From assembly GCA_903813345.2 (NCBI GenBank), contig CAIIXF020000001.1, forward strand, positions 6,200,001 through 6,264,000: a DNA stretch of 64,000 nucleotides, given 5' to 3'. A program made the position numbers and the translations under genes. Positions 1-12,000 of the stretch are shown here, in pieces. The number at the start of each line of letters is the position of its first letter. The stretch's first letter is position 1. The notes under the pieces were generated by a model, which saw only the letters and a list, made by a program, of their open reading frames with translations, ran no database searches and was not told the DNA's origin. Source of the DNA: Owenia fusiformis. Its lineage: Eukaryota.

Positions 1-512
1 TTAATTTATGAAAATGAACTCACTATTGATTCTCAGAAAATCCTGATAGATATAGTGATGCAATTTGTACAGCCCTGTTATAAGTTTCCAACAAATTAAT
101 GTTATTATCATTTGTATCTTGTGACAACCCCCCTCCCTCCCAACCTCTCACATTACCAATAACCATCTATGATTACTGTAATTAATCCTCTATTGTAATT
201 TAAACTACCTAGAATGCCTATGGCGATTGGTAGTAGATATTTTGTGTATTTTCTGATTATGAAATAAATAAATAATATGTTTAAAAAACTTTAAGTACAA
301 GTAGATGCAAGGTATTAAAGTATTCTAGATCTTGAGACCCTGTGACAGAGGGTACGTTTTAAGAAGACATACGACTAGTAGCATGCAAAAGCCATCGAAA
401 CCTTTTAATTATAAAAGCAAATTGGCTTAATCTCTATCATAATATTACTTCATGTTCGATGATCATGTCTAACGTTATCTTTATGCTCCAGCGATAGTCT
501 AACTGTCCTTAC

Positions 513-3500
513 CTTTTCCTCATCCTCTTTTTCTTCTCCATCAACTGCGTCCTGTAACAACAAGACAAAAATGTACTTTAATGTACAGTATGACCAGCTA
601 AAGATGTCATTCAATGAATGCTTCCTCGTACAAACTTAGTTAACACAAAATGAAAGTCCACTTGTCCACGTGATATACGAATACGTATGAGATTCATTTT
701 CCATGAGTATTTAAGTCATATGTTATATCTAATTCAGTACTGTTCATCATTATTGAAATTTGAAAGTATCAGAATGTTTATAATTATCTTTCTAACAACT
801 CAAAGCCAAAAATAGTCTTCCACATATCCTATACAGGTACAGATTTTAAGACTTTTGGGCAGTTAATTATGTAATGATCGAGACTCTAATCTAAACAGCT
901 AAGGAGACAAGACACATACAACACTGACGGATCAAGCCCCTCCCCTTGGTGGGCCCAAAAAATGTTAGGGCCCCAGAAATATTTGGGACCAAATAAAATT
1001 GTAGGGCCTCAAAAAAGGGCCTTTTTGGTCATCATTTTTTCCTGACTCAAAATCTGTCCCCCCCCCTCCCCTCCCTCTTGTTGGCTTTTTGGATCCGCCA
1101 GTGTATTGCAAAAACAGCAATTGAAATACATGCATCACACAATTATCTTCTACCTTTTCCTCCCCATCTTCTTCCTTTTCCTCCTTTGCCTTAAACACAA
1201 TTTGTATTATATAAATAACGTTTGACAAAATGATTATGCATAACAAGCGTAATATTAATTAGTTTCTTTTTTCTGTCATCCATGTAAATAAGATATGATG
1301 ACAAGTATGGTTATGTCGCATTGACATTGGCACTGATTGCTGGGGGCAATTTACATACTGTATAATTGCAAATTGCCATTTACCAGTTTAAATAAACATT
1401 TTCTTGATAGTTGCATCAGCTGGTGGGTGAATTGTTAGTGTCTATTACCTGCTCGTGAGTTGATTTCTGAATTAGCCCCGAATCATGATATTATTCCTAT
1501 AGTCACTTTCGATGATACAATTAATGCGTATGGTTATATCACGAGAAGGTCAACAAAATATATTCATTTACCTATTCGTTCATAGTCAACATTAGTCTTG
1601 AAAAAGCTTGATGGGAATTTCTAGTAATTGGAGCTTGTTAATCCCAAGCAAAGAAGTATTTTTTCAAGTTTTGACACTTGGGGGAAGGTTGGCACCAAAG
1701 TTTATTGATGGGTCAAGTTATATTTCTTAATGCTATATAGGGCCAGGATTACAGAGAAAGACTTTTTAATCACTGTTCCACAGCAGGAGGACTCTAACAG
1801 CAGTTAGCGTCATTCAAGATGGTTGCCGAAATTCTTTTAGTTTTCGATAAACCTCCGACTTCAGTTAAACCAAGCTGAATCTGGATTCCAAAAGTTTCGC
1901 CATGCAAACTACTAAAGTTATGATTTTAAACAATCACAAATAAAGGCTCAAACACCCGCAATATTGGAGAATTTTAAAGAATGACTCTAACTGAAATTGG
2001 TAATGACGTAGGAATGACGCTTACTAAAATGGGGAATGAAGCTAGCTCTATGGGATGAATCATGAAAGCCCATGGATGAATACATGCAATCTCCATTCAG
2101 TTATATTCATCAATGGAGAATATCATGTTTGCGTTAGCGGCATCATCAACTTCAGTTAGAGTCATTCTAAGTGAAGCCGTTTTCTTTAAAATTTTCCAAT
2201 ATCGCGGGCGTTTGAACCTTTATTTGTGGTTGTTTACAATCTGAGCTTTATTATTAAATATTAAATCCAGATTCAGTTTTGAATATATTTCTATCTAAGA
2301 GGCTTACATGTTTGTAAACTGTGGTATTTTGGCAACTCAAGATTTTAAAATAGACTAGGAGAAGTGGACAGATTCATAGTCAGATGCGATTTGTAGCATT
2401 ACCTACTATTATGGGTGACGTCTGTGCTATAAAGTAGGTCATTGCTCAAAAAGACGTAAAAAAATTTAAGGTGATATAATTCAGTCTATTGACAGACGGG
2501 ATATATCTTATTCCTGAAAATTACTTGTTTAAAAAAGGACTTTTGGTATTCTAAAATCTCATTTGTTGAGTGTGCCCAGCTTTACAATAAAAAGATTAGA
2601 TCGGAGACTCGGAGGTAGATATACAAAAGTCTGGCATGTGGATGATAATTAGTAGATATAAAATGACAATGTCGTTTTTGTAGTATGCAAGATTATAGCA
2701 TCTTGGATTTCTAAGGTATGATTTTCCAAGGTTTGTTTTCATGATTGAAAATCAAACTGGGAAACGAGTATGAGATTATAGAGCTTATACAGCTGTAAGC
2801 ATGTTTTAAAAGCCGTGCATTTTGCTTACCTCTTCTGCTGGTGGTTCTGGTTCTGGTACTCTGTGAAAGACAGCTTCTTCTTCTGGAATAGGTAACTTCA
2901 GGAATTTATATAGATGTTGGGTTTCCACCGCTTCAAAGAAGGCTTCGAAATTCTGAAAACATGTTTAAAAATGAATGATAGCATATATCAAGTGTCCCAA
3001 ATATGAATCACTTTTTAACAAGTGGTTCATCAAAACCATTGAAAATTTGCCTAGGGGTATTTCCAATAAATCGGAGTAGTCAATTGCTGAGAAAACACTT
3101 GTCAAAAAGCAATTCATTTTTAGGACACCCGATATAAACCGTAGACGAGTAGCATTAAAGGAGCGTATTTCATTCGAAATGAGCTATAACCTGAAATAGT
3201 TAAATGTGTTTTCATGCAGAATTTACGCTAATTTGTACTAAGTGTAACGTGTCAGAAACATATTTGGTTCTTACATTTGGACACTTTTGAGTGAATAAGT
3301 TACTTACTCCAACAAAATGTTCTCCATTGAAGATCTGTGGAGGGAGGGGGATTTTTCCTTCGCCGGGGGCTGGCGCATTGCGCCTCATGAACTTCCTCTG
3401 GTCGGCCATACTTGGATCACTAATGTCTATCATTTCAAATTCAATATTTTTCGCTTCCAACAAGCCTTGAATTATTGTCTGTTGATTCCGCATCTAAAAT

Positions 3501-6406
3501 GAACATGATATTCTTTTAATTCATCGACAAAATGGAGTCAAAGTTGACATCGAACAAGACACCCAACATACCAATAACCTTGACAAATCTCGCATTGACC
3601 TTGACCTTATTTCTAAGTCAGCTAGACGGACATTAGGAATTTGAGAAATTCCAGAAATACAAACAAAGGCATAGAGCATTTCAGTTCTATGCCCATGCTT
3701 GATCTATACTGCATTTGACCGACGACGGGAGTAAGTGAATTGCATGTACTCAAAAATGAATTTTACAGTAACTGAATAATAGCATGGATATCCTTTCTGT
3801 ACATACTTATCAAAAATACAAGTTCTGGGCAAGGATTAAGTGCACAGCAGCACTCCACTGGAAATGTATTCTGAGTCGGATTAACCTAATGACCCGAATT
3901 ATGAAGTACTCGATCAATTGTACTTTCATTCGAAAGTAGCATACGAAGGTTGATCATAAAGTTCTCATAATACGAGGGGTGATCAATAAGTAATGGACGC
4001 TTTTTTACACAGATACTTTTTATAGACCAATCCCTTTGATTTTCCTACCAGTGATACATCATTCAATTATCTATCAATTCTGAAGATTTGAAGACAAAAT
4101 ATATAATATATATTGATATATCCTTATTTCCGTGAAGGAGGTACTGGTACCCCGGGACCGACATTTACGTCACATATTCAGTTTTTAGCCAGTTTGGTAT
4201 TTCAGTTAGATTTGAACCTTTTATATGCAACAAGTGTTGTGTTGTTTGACATTTTTGCTGACTGGTAACACATTAACAGACAGTATTGTGATGTCAGAGT
4301 GTTTTATAGAAGTGGTTTGCAGGTCAATTTGAGAAAGCATTGTGGAAGAAAGGGGTGGTGAGAGAAGGGAACACCCTACTCCATATGGACAAAGCACATG
4401 CCCACAGATCTCAAAATCTTCAGAAAACAATATCCCTGGACCTCAATATTGAGCCATTGGCCAATGCACCATATTGTCCAGATCTGCTCACATGTGACTT
4501 GTTTATTTCTATACTACTTATTTCTATAGAGAAAGGACGCAGGTTTATTGACATTGATGAAATGAAACAACCCATGCAACTGCATCTTGCGACCATGTCA
4601 GAGAATGGATTCAGCCTTGTCTCACAATCCTGAGTTAAGACGATGAGGAAATGTGTACATGTAGCACTTGATGGAACCTATTTAGAGGGCCCTGTGGAAT
4701 GAATGTGGCATGAATACCACATAGTGATGATAAAATATTCCAAATCAACTATGGCATTACAAAATGGGGTAATTCATGACCATAATGGTTTGTTTTGTTC
4801 AGCCTGCATTCAACTGCATTGCATGTTAAACAAGCTAAAATAGCTTCAGAATATATGACGTAAATGTCGGTCCCGGGGTACCTGTACCTCCTTCACGGAA
4901 ATATGGATATATCAACATGTATTATTTATTTTGTCTTCAAATCTTCAGAGTTGATAGATAATTGAATGATGTATCACTGGTAAGAAAATCGAAGTGATTG
5001 GTCCATAAAAACTATCTGTGTAAAAAAGCGTCCATTACTTATTGATCACCCCTCGTATCTATATAATTTCTTTATGTTTCAATATAATTTTCACAGAATG
5101 TGCAGCATGAAATGTTTTCTTAATCCAGCAAAACAATAGGACCAATAGATAAGAAACGGTTGCCATAGTAACTCACATCGTAATATTTCAGTTAAAATGA
5201 CATATACTACATCAACCCTATGTATTGCCTCCACCCCTGTACAATCATGCCTAATATACCCAATTCATTCCCTTTTTGACAGAGGCCCAATCAGGTCTAA
5301 ATGATGATCGTCATTTTCGTATTATATGTTCTTCATTATAACGTATACATGTATGTGTTATATTTGCCTGAAGATATTAGAACTAACATATAGTTGAGGT
5401 AGGATAATAGTTAAAGACTGGAGTTACGTTGGATGAAGGTGAGCTCGATATAGAGGAATCCTCGCAGCTGATAACTGAACCTATTTTTGGCGTAATGTTA
5501 TTGCATATTGCCAGTGATGAGGTACGCTTAAATTAAAGAAAACTATATCGTACATTATGTGAATTGTGCATTCGTTGGTATAAAAGGTTCAATAAATAAT
5601 TGGAATTTGATTTTAATTATCTAAAGATAATTGATTTTATCATAGTCTTGCTTAAAATACCCTGTACTCCCCCTTTATCCTTCTCTCTAGTATATTGCCA
5701 GGTAAAGAGAGTGAAGGTGACGGGGGTGGATATAGTCTTTGAGCAAGACTAATTTTATCATGATTAATGCATAATGGACCGGAACCTAACAATGAAGCGG
5801 TCATCATTGCATTTTTTATTTATACCTTCTTAGCATATCTATCCCAGACTACATCCAGCTCTCCCAGTTTTGGTGCATTTTATATATATATAGAAACATG
5901 CTATCAGAGTAACCTTAACTTGATCAGTCAGTTATCTCGAAAAGATACAAAGCTGTGTATGCACACCAAATTATAAGTCAGTCCAGGTAAACCTTTTATC
6001 CGCATAATCCGGATATAGACATACACCGGGCTTCTTGGTATTTGGTTATTTACATTCTCAAATCTTGAATATATAAAAGCTAGAGACTCAAATCGGATCA
6101 CAAGGCTTTTTCTATAAAAAGCCGAGTTTTATGGACTGTTATATGTCCCAAGTCGGTAATTAGCCTGCATTGGAATGGCTCTGAATAAGTATCCTTGAAC
6201 ATGGATCGGTACTTAAACGAATTGCATTATCAAGGATATGGTGAAAACTCATATTAATTTCCCAAAAATGCATCTCAATTTAAAATTGAAAGTACCTCCA
6301 TGTTTCCAGTGGTCAACGATATGAACACTTTTAGACCACCCTTTTCTGCGCCTTGATCGGGAACCGTCTCCTCCGGAGTACTCGGACTTTCTTCAACCTC
6401 CCCCAT
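513..6406 (-). CDS. SH3BGRL: SH3 domain-binding glutamic acid-rich protein (SH3BGR/SH3BGRL family, thioredoxin-like fold); probably 3'-partial. Exons 6296-6406, 3308-3493, 2830-2952, 1154-1189, 513-551
   Basis: Spliced translation MGEVEE...GGLKVFISLTTGNME|MRNQQTIIQGLLEAKNIEFEMIDISDP...RKFMRRNAP...PLPPQIFNGEHFVG|NFEAFFEAVETQHLYKFLKLP...PEPEPPAEE|AKEEKEEDGEEK|DAVDGEEKEDEEK matches the family motifs (KVFIS, IEFEMIDIS, LPPQIFN, FFEAVE...FLKL). All introns are GT-AG and phase 0. The last exon ends in a GTAAGG donor, so the gene likely continues left of the window. Confidence 0.9.
921..1104. mobile_element. Short MITE, PIF/Harbinger-like
   Basis: Terminal inverted repeats (TIRs) ACACTGACGGATC / GGATCCGCCAGTGT, with G/C-run-rich interior; lies in an SH3BGRL intron. 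Confidence 0.6.
1820..2340. mobile_element. Degenerate palindromic MITE
   Basis: Inverted arms, e.g. 1932-1980 aatcacaaataaaggctcaaacacccgcaatattgg versus about 2197-2230 ccaatatcgcgggcgtttgaacctttatttgtggtt; boundaries approximate. Confidence 0.5.
3973..5055 (+). mobile_element. Non-autonomous mariner element with long TIRs and a transposase remnant
   Basis: TA|CGAGGGGTGATCAATAAGTAATGGACG...CGTCCATTACTTATTGATCACCCCTCG|TA, with TIRs of about 210 bp. ORF 4340-4633 LLHMDKAHAH...APYCPDLLTCDLF is a decayed mariner LHDNARPH / PPYSPDLAPCDF motif. Confidence 0.9.
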
Positions 6407-6610
6407 TCTGAAGACGTCTGAGTACAGGTATATCCAAAATAGTTGCTTCCTTCCTATATGTGTTAGACGATTCTTGTAAGATTTATTTATTTTTGTTACT
6501 CCAGTTGATTATACTTGTACACGAAATATGTTATTTACCAAACTCAGAGGATTGCAACCCGGCTGTTCTTTCAGTGGAAACCTTCCAAATGCAACCAGCT
6601 TTACGATTTC

Positions 6611-6622
6611 CGTGACGTCACG
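6611..6622. promoter_or_regulatory. CRE/ATF site (TGACGTCA) within the 12-bp palindrome CGTGACGTCACG
   Basis: Perfect palindrome about 205 bp upstream of the SH3BGRL ATG; function inferred from position only. Confidence 0.45.
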
Positions 6623-7065
6623 CAGCTATTTGTGTACCTTGGTTTTGGCAAGTAAAGTGATATCTCGGGTTAACTGACGATTTTAGTACCATCTATTTTA
6701 CCGTAATGAAAAGAATGTTTTGTCTTATCTTATGATGAAATGGTATGTATGATCAAAAGGGTTACCAACTATTTGATCACAATTGCAAAGTTCTCTGAGG
6801 TACAAAGCCTTTTCATTAATAATTATCATGAAGAAAGACTAAACGTAACAATCTACAAGGAAAAATAATCAAAACTATTGAATCAAAAGGATAACAACTT
6901 CCCGGAAAATAAACATATTAATTTTACTTCAAAAATGTTGGTTCTCCAATGATTATTTATGTTATAAACTGAATAAATTGAAAACTTATAGCTTCCCCTG
7001 GTTGATCCCTGATCCATATTTTTCAAATATATCGTGCAGTAAGTACAATCACACAATTGTCAGTC

Positions 7066-7504
7066 ACATTTGCTACGGCGATCATACGATCTATCGATTC
7101 TACGGCAAATGGCAATACTACGGCTGCCGTGAAAAGTCTACGACGGGATACCTTAGCAGTCACATTTGCTGTGGTAGCCGTTAGGCGTATTTTGATTTTG
7201 AAGAGATACATTTTACTGCGGTTGCCATACGACCTTTGAAATAATGACACATGGTCAGCATAGGGCTTTCTTACGACGGGCGTAGTTTCTTTAACAAACA
7301 TACCAAGGCAGGCACAAGACGGCCCCAGAGGGGCCATTGCGTCGATCAGTGCGGTTCTCAAATGTCTCTTTTTAGACTCAAAATCCAAGGGAAGCCGCAA
7401 GTCGACCGTATGTCCGACCTACAGTACGGCCACATTGGAATTTACCGGTTTAAGGAAACCACGGTCGACGTACGTTCACCGTAGAACAAATGTTGTACTT
7501 TGGG
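7066..7504. mobile_element. Probable degenerate MITE with CpG-rich internal motifs
   Basis: Left end acatttgctacggcgatcatacg resembles the reverse complement of the right end (acatttgttctacggtgaacgtacg); ctacg/tacgacgg motifs recur inside. Confidence 0.35.
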
Positions 7505-7531
7505 ACTTCAACAGTCGCCTTTGTTCATGTA

Positions 7532-8942
7532 CAGGGTGGCCCAAAAAATGCAACCCTCCATTTCTTCAATATTTTTCTTAAATGGAGATAAATTGCTCTG
7601 AGATTTGGCACCCAAGGACTTCATTCAATGTGGGATCCTCTGGCAAAGTTTTAATTATCATAGACTTATATTGATAGAGTTATGGTTGTTTCAAAATATG
7701 CTCCAGATGTCGTCAATTTCGCTGAAAATAAACTTACAATGTTCAAGGAAAACTGTTCATAACACGGATGCATTCTTCCCATGGGTATATAATGGCTCAA
7801 ATTTTTGCAGACATTGCTTATTGGAGTTCTGCAATAGACTAGATGCGAATAGAAATAATCTTGATTTACGTCATTAAATGTTCAAAATTCAGTCAAAGTG
7901 ATGTCATATTTGAAATCTACATGTAAAAGTACATCTAGAAAAATAGTTTCGAAACTTGTTTATCAACTTTGAAAATTTAATTTTTTTTGAAAATGTAACT
8001 TCTAGCTCGGGTTGATTCCTCATAGACCCCATGTTACAAAATCACAAAAAGTGAAATATCTTTTCTTGTATTGGACAGATAACATTTTCTTTTACTGGAC
8101 ATATTTTAATTTGCATAACTATTAGATGCATAAGGGTTATACAAAAATTGAACCACCAAAACAGATGTAATTTAAGTTAAAGGGAACTTTCTACTATACC
8201 CGCCATGTTATCTGACCCGAACGAGCCACCTGGTGACGAAACTGGTAACTACTTACTCGCATCTGCGTTATTGCGGTAGGGTTATTTTCATACACATTAT
8301 CCTTTAAATAACCCCATATATAGAAGTCGGGGGCATTGGGATCAAGACTGGGATGACCATGGAGTCTCCGTCCTAGGAGAGATCATCTTCTCCTAGAAAT
8401 GACTAGTGAGCCAGGCTATGTTATCATCAATAGTGTGAGGAGAAGCTCCATCCTTCTAGAAACACTGTTCTTGTCTATTGAAGCCTCTGTACCACTCTAG
8501 AACTGCCTAGAACTTCCTGGGAACGCAAATATTGCGCTGTGTGTTAACATTAACAGTGTTGGCATTATCAACCTCAAACCAAAAGGGGCTGATGATTTCA
8601 TGTTTGGAAATTCGCAGCCAAAGCTGTGCATTTAACAGAATGAAAGGGCCTTTGAAGCACTTCATTTGGAATTTGTGATCCCAGAACACATTATTTCTTG
8701 AGTTTACATGTTCAGAAAGAAGGGAATGTGATCCATCTGAAAACCTAACATTGGAAATGAACGACATTTGGAGCATATTTTGGAACGTCAATAGCTCTAT
8801 CAATATAAGACTATGGTTGTTGAAACTTTGCCAGAGGATCCCACATTGAATGAAGTCCTTGTGTGCCAAATTTCAGAGCAATTAATCTCCATTTAAGAAA
8901 AATATTGAAGAAATGGAGGGTTGCATTTTTTGGGTCACCCTG
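7532..8942 (-). mobile_element. Tc1-family element with about 200-bp TIRs and a decayed DDE transposase
   Basis: TA|CAGGGTGGCCCAAAAAATGCAACC...GGTTGCATTTTTTGGGTCACCCTG|TA. Minus-strand remnants RFSDGSH...HVNSRNNVFW, IISPFWFE...TVNVNTQR and F*KDGASPH correspond to Tc1 FSDE, GPFFFE and QQDGAPPH motifs. Confidence 0.88.
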
Positions 8943-9075
8943 TACAAAACTTGACCTCTCCGTTAACTAGCAAGGTATAAACCATGGGCGATAATTAGAA
9001 CTAAATAACAAGAATTATATGCTCCAGTATCTTTTTTTATATTTTTTTCTCTACAAAATAAAATCAATCAGGCCA

Positions 9076-12000
9076 TTATCTATTTCTAGCCTCCCAATTT
9101 TGTTTTTCTTGTCTCCATTGTTTTAACATGTGACCAGGGACACAGTGTTCTTCTAAACAGGCTTCACAGAGGCATCGTCCCATTCTTGTTACAGTTGAAG
9201 GCCACTGTGGGACCTGTCAACAGTAAATTGATGCATTTAATACATCAAAACTACTTGCAATATATAACAACCTCATTTCAAAGGGCAACATAGTGAAATC
9301 TTGGCCCAGAAGTTATACAAAATATGAGTTTAAGTGTCTCATAACTAAGCATATTGACATCACATTAACATTGTATAAGACCTTGGCTTGGAACATACCA
9401 TTCCGACTAGGTGCACACGCCATTTGTTCCATCTGATGCCCTCGTGAAAGGTGCGATCACACCCACAACATTTTCTGTCGGCGACATCACAAGCACTCCC
9501 CATCAACTGGCAAGTTTTCGTATCTCCTTCTTTAAAGAAACCTCTAGGACATATTTTGTTTGGCACAGTAGATGGAATCCCTGAAGTTTAAGGTAGCCTT
9601 CCATTCAATAAAAACGAAGGAGAATGTTTATATAGTCTCGTTTAGTATCCATAAAATAGAGCCTTTCTAACTTTAAACAACATGTAAAAATGCGTTTAAT
9701 AGTAAATAAACAGATTGCATACGTGTTTCACAATTCAGACCAGTAAATCCCTCACGGCAATTACAAGAATACGTAAGCGTGGACTTGGACTTTACATCTC
9801 TCTCATTGCAGAATTTAAGCAAGTCATAATCACATTCTGGGGTTGGTCCATTGGGAACAATCTCCCGAGTGTTAACCGTTGGAAATGCTTCACATATATC
9901 ATCATTTGTTTCACAAAGTGGTATTGCAAATTTATTTATCACGTTTTCACATACAGATCCTTTGGGACAGGGATTAATATGGTGGCAAAGATCTATAATA
10001 GAAGGATATCGAATGGAGTTCATTGCAGCTTTTCTGTACTATATTCTGTAAAGCATTCCCTACCATCGAACGCAAATTCAGATTATCGGCCGGGTATCGA
10101 ATGTTTTGTCCTTAATATTCTCCAAATGTTACCTTCTCCTTGGCACCTTCCGCCTACCCATCCAGTAGGACAGTCACATCTGTATTCACCTATGAGGTCA
10201 ATACACTCTCCACCATTGTTACAAGGTGAGCTCACACATTCATCTGATGTAATATTAAGAATGTTAATCCAGCAAGTTGACTATCAAGCGCTTGAATTAT
10301 GAATTGTCTTAAACAGGCAATGCGCCTATTTTTGAAGGAAAAAGGACAAAATATTATTCCAGACATGTTACTCACACACTCAATCAAATATGATAAAAAC
10401 TTTAGATTGGATCAATATTGTTTATTCGGATTATTTTCTCGGATTAAAAGATGGCGTATGGTTGAAAATCCTATCAAAAATGAATGGATACTAAATACAA
10501 ACAACAATGCCATCATTCAATGGCATTGTTAAAAACTTGAAATATATAAATTGATAGATCGAAAATATTTTTTCATGATCTAGTGTCAACTCTGATGTGA
10601 TCTGTTTGAGCTGTTTTTCGTGTCAAATGAAGGATCAGGTATTTGTTAATCCATTGGAAATACTATGAAGATCAAATGTGAAACTTCATTTACGCATTTT
10701 GTTTCTTTAATACAATGATAAATGTTGCTCATTGAGCGTTCTGAGACATAGCTTGAACGTAAATTGACTGGTGGTGTTTTCCGTCGGAATGCAGGATGTT
10801 TTATCAAAAATATAGCATATTGTACCTATATCTATTTCACAGAACTGACCGGTGTAACCATACTCGCAAACACATGTAAAGTAGCCAGGCCCATCTATAC
10901 ATTCTGATTGGTGCTTACAAGTAACTCCCCGGCATTCATCTGGAAAAATATGTAGAAAGATTTCTGATATCTTCTCTAGATCTGTGGAGTGAAATGTATA
11001 AATTACTTTTTACGTTTTACGTTTTACTAGCAATGGGATAAAATGAAAAGAGTGAATACCAAATGCCAAAACACAAAATGTGTCTTCCCCGTCCCAGTTG
11101 CCATTAATACACATCCGAACCTTTGGACCTCCAAGCTCATACCCTGCGCCACAGTCTAATGTATATGTTGACCCATTTACCATTTCCGTCGGTGTATAGA
11201 CGAAAAAACCATGGTCTGGAGGTTGAAGGTGAACACAACCCCAGCCTATACGAGTAAAGTAAATGTTTATAATATTCACACGCTCTTCCACGCAGAAACA
11301 TTCAAAATATTTGTATACACTTTTACAATTGTACTATTGCTTATATTATTGCTTATATTATTTTGATTTTTCATGACAATCCTAAATAGATGCGCATAAC
11401 AAATAGAGTATCATTGATTTTTCAAAAATAGATCAAGAGACGTACTGCAGGTTCCATCTCCCACAGAAGGATCGCATGTGCTGCCCATATTATATTCGAT
11501 ACATTCCGCATCGGAACGACATACGCATCTGCAGTTTGAGCAGGTGGATCGTCCTGGCAAACCAACACAATCGTTGTCTTTACCACATTCAACTCTTGCT
11601 GAAAAAAACCATTCAATCTACATATCTGTTTAAGAGTTCTGTTTACAGGGTGACCCAAAATATGGTCAACGAAAATCTTTTGAAAGCCTTTTAAAGAAAA
11701 ATAGTGTCAACTTAATCATTTTGTTGCATAATTTACATTGTGTGTGCGACAAAGTAGTCTTTGGATGTTTCTGTGAGAGTCAAATAAAATACTCATATTT
11801 ATTCAAAAGATCAAATTAAATTAATACTACCGCTACTACACTTTCGGTTGTACGACGTGTTGAGAATGCATTGGGAATGGGGTGTGACAATATATATATT
11901 ATTCAAGTTATTCATGCTATCAAGAAAAATTGAAAAGATGGATGCTTATTTATTGTTACATGTGTATTTTATTTATTTCATAAAGCACGTAAATTATGAA

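Noticed and set aside
7023-7484. Overlapping ORFs in a GC-richer patch
   Set aside because: No recognisable domain or splice structure; better explained by a degenerate MITE
7605-7877. Apparent paralogous ORF pair beginning MAPKDFIQCG / MAHKDFIQCG
   Set aside because: Both begin in the two TIRs of one Tc1 element; not genes
9715-10302. 195-aa plus-strand ORF
   Set aside because: Antisense shadow of the EGF exons on the minus strand
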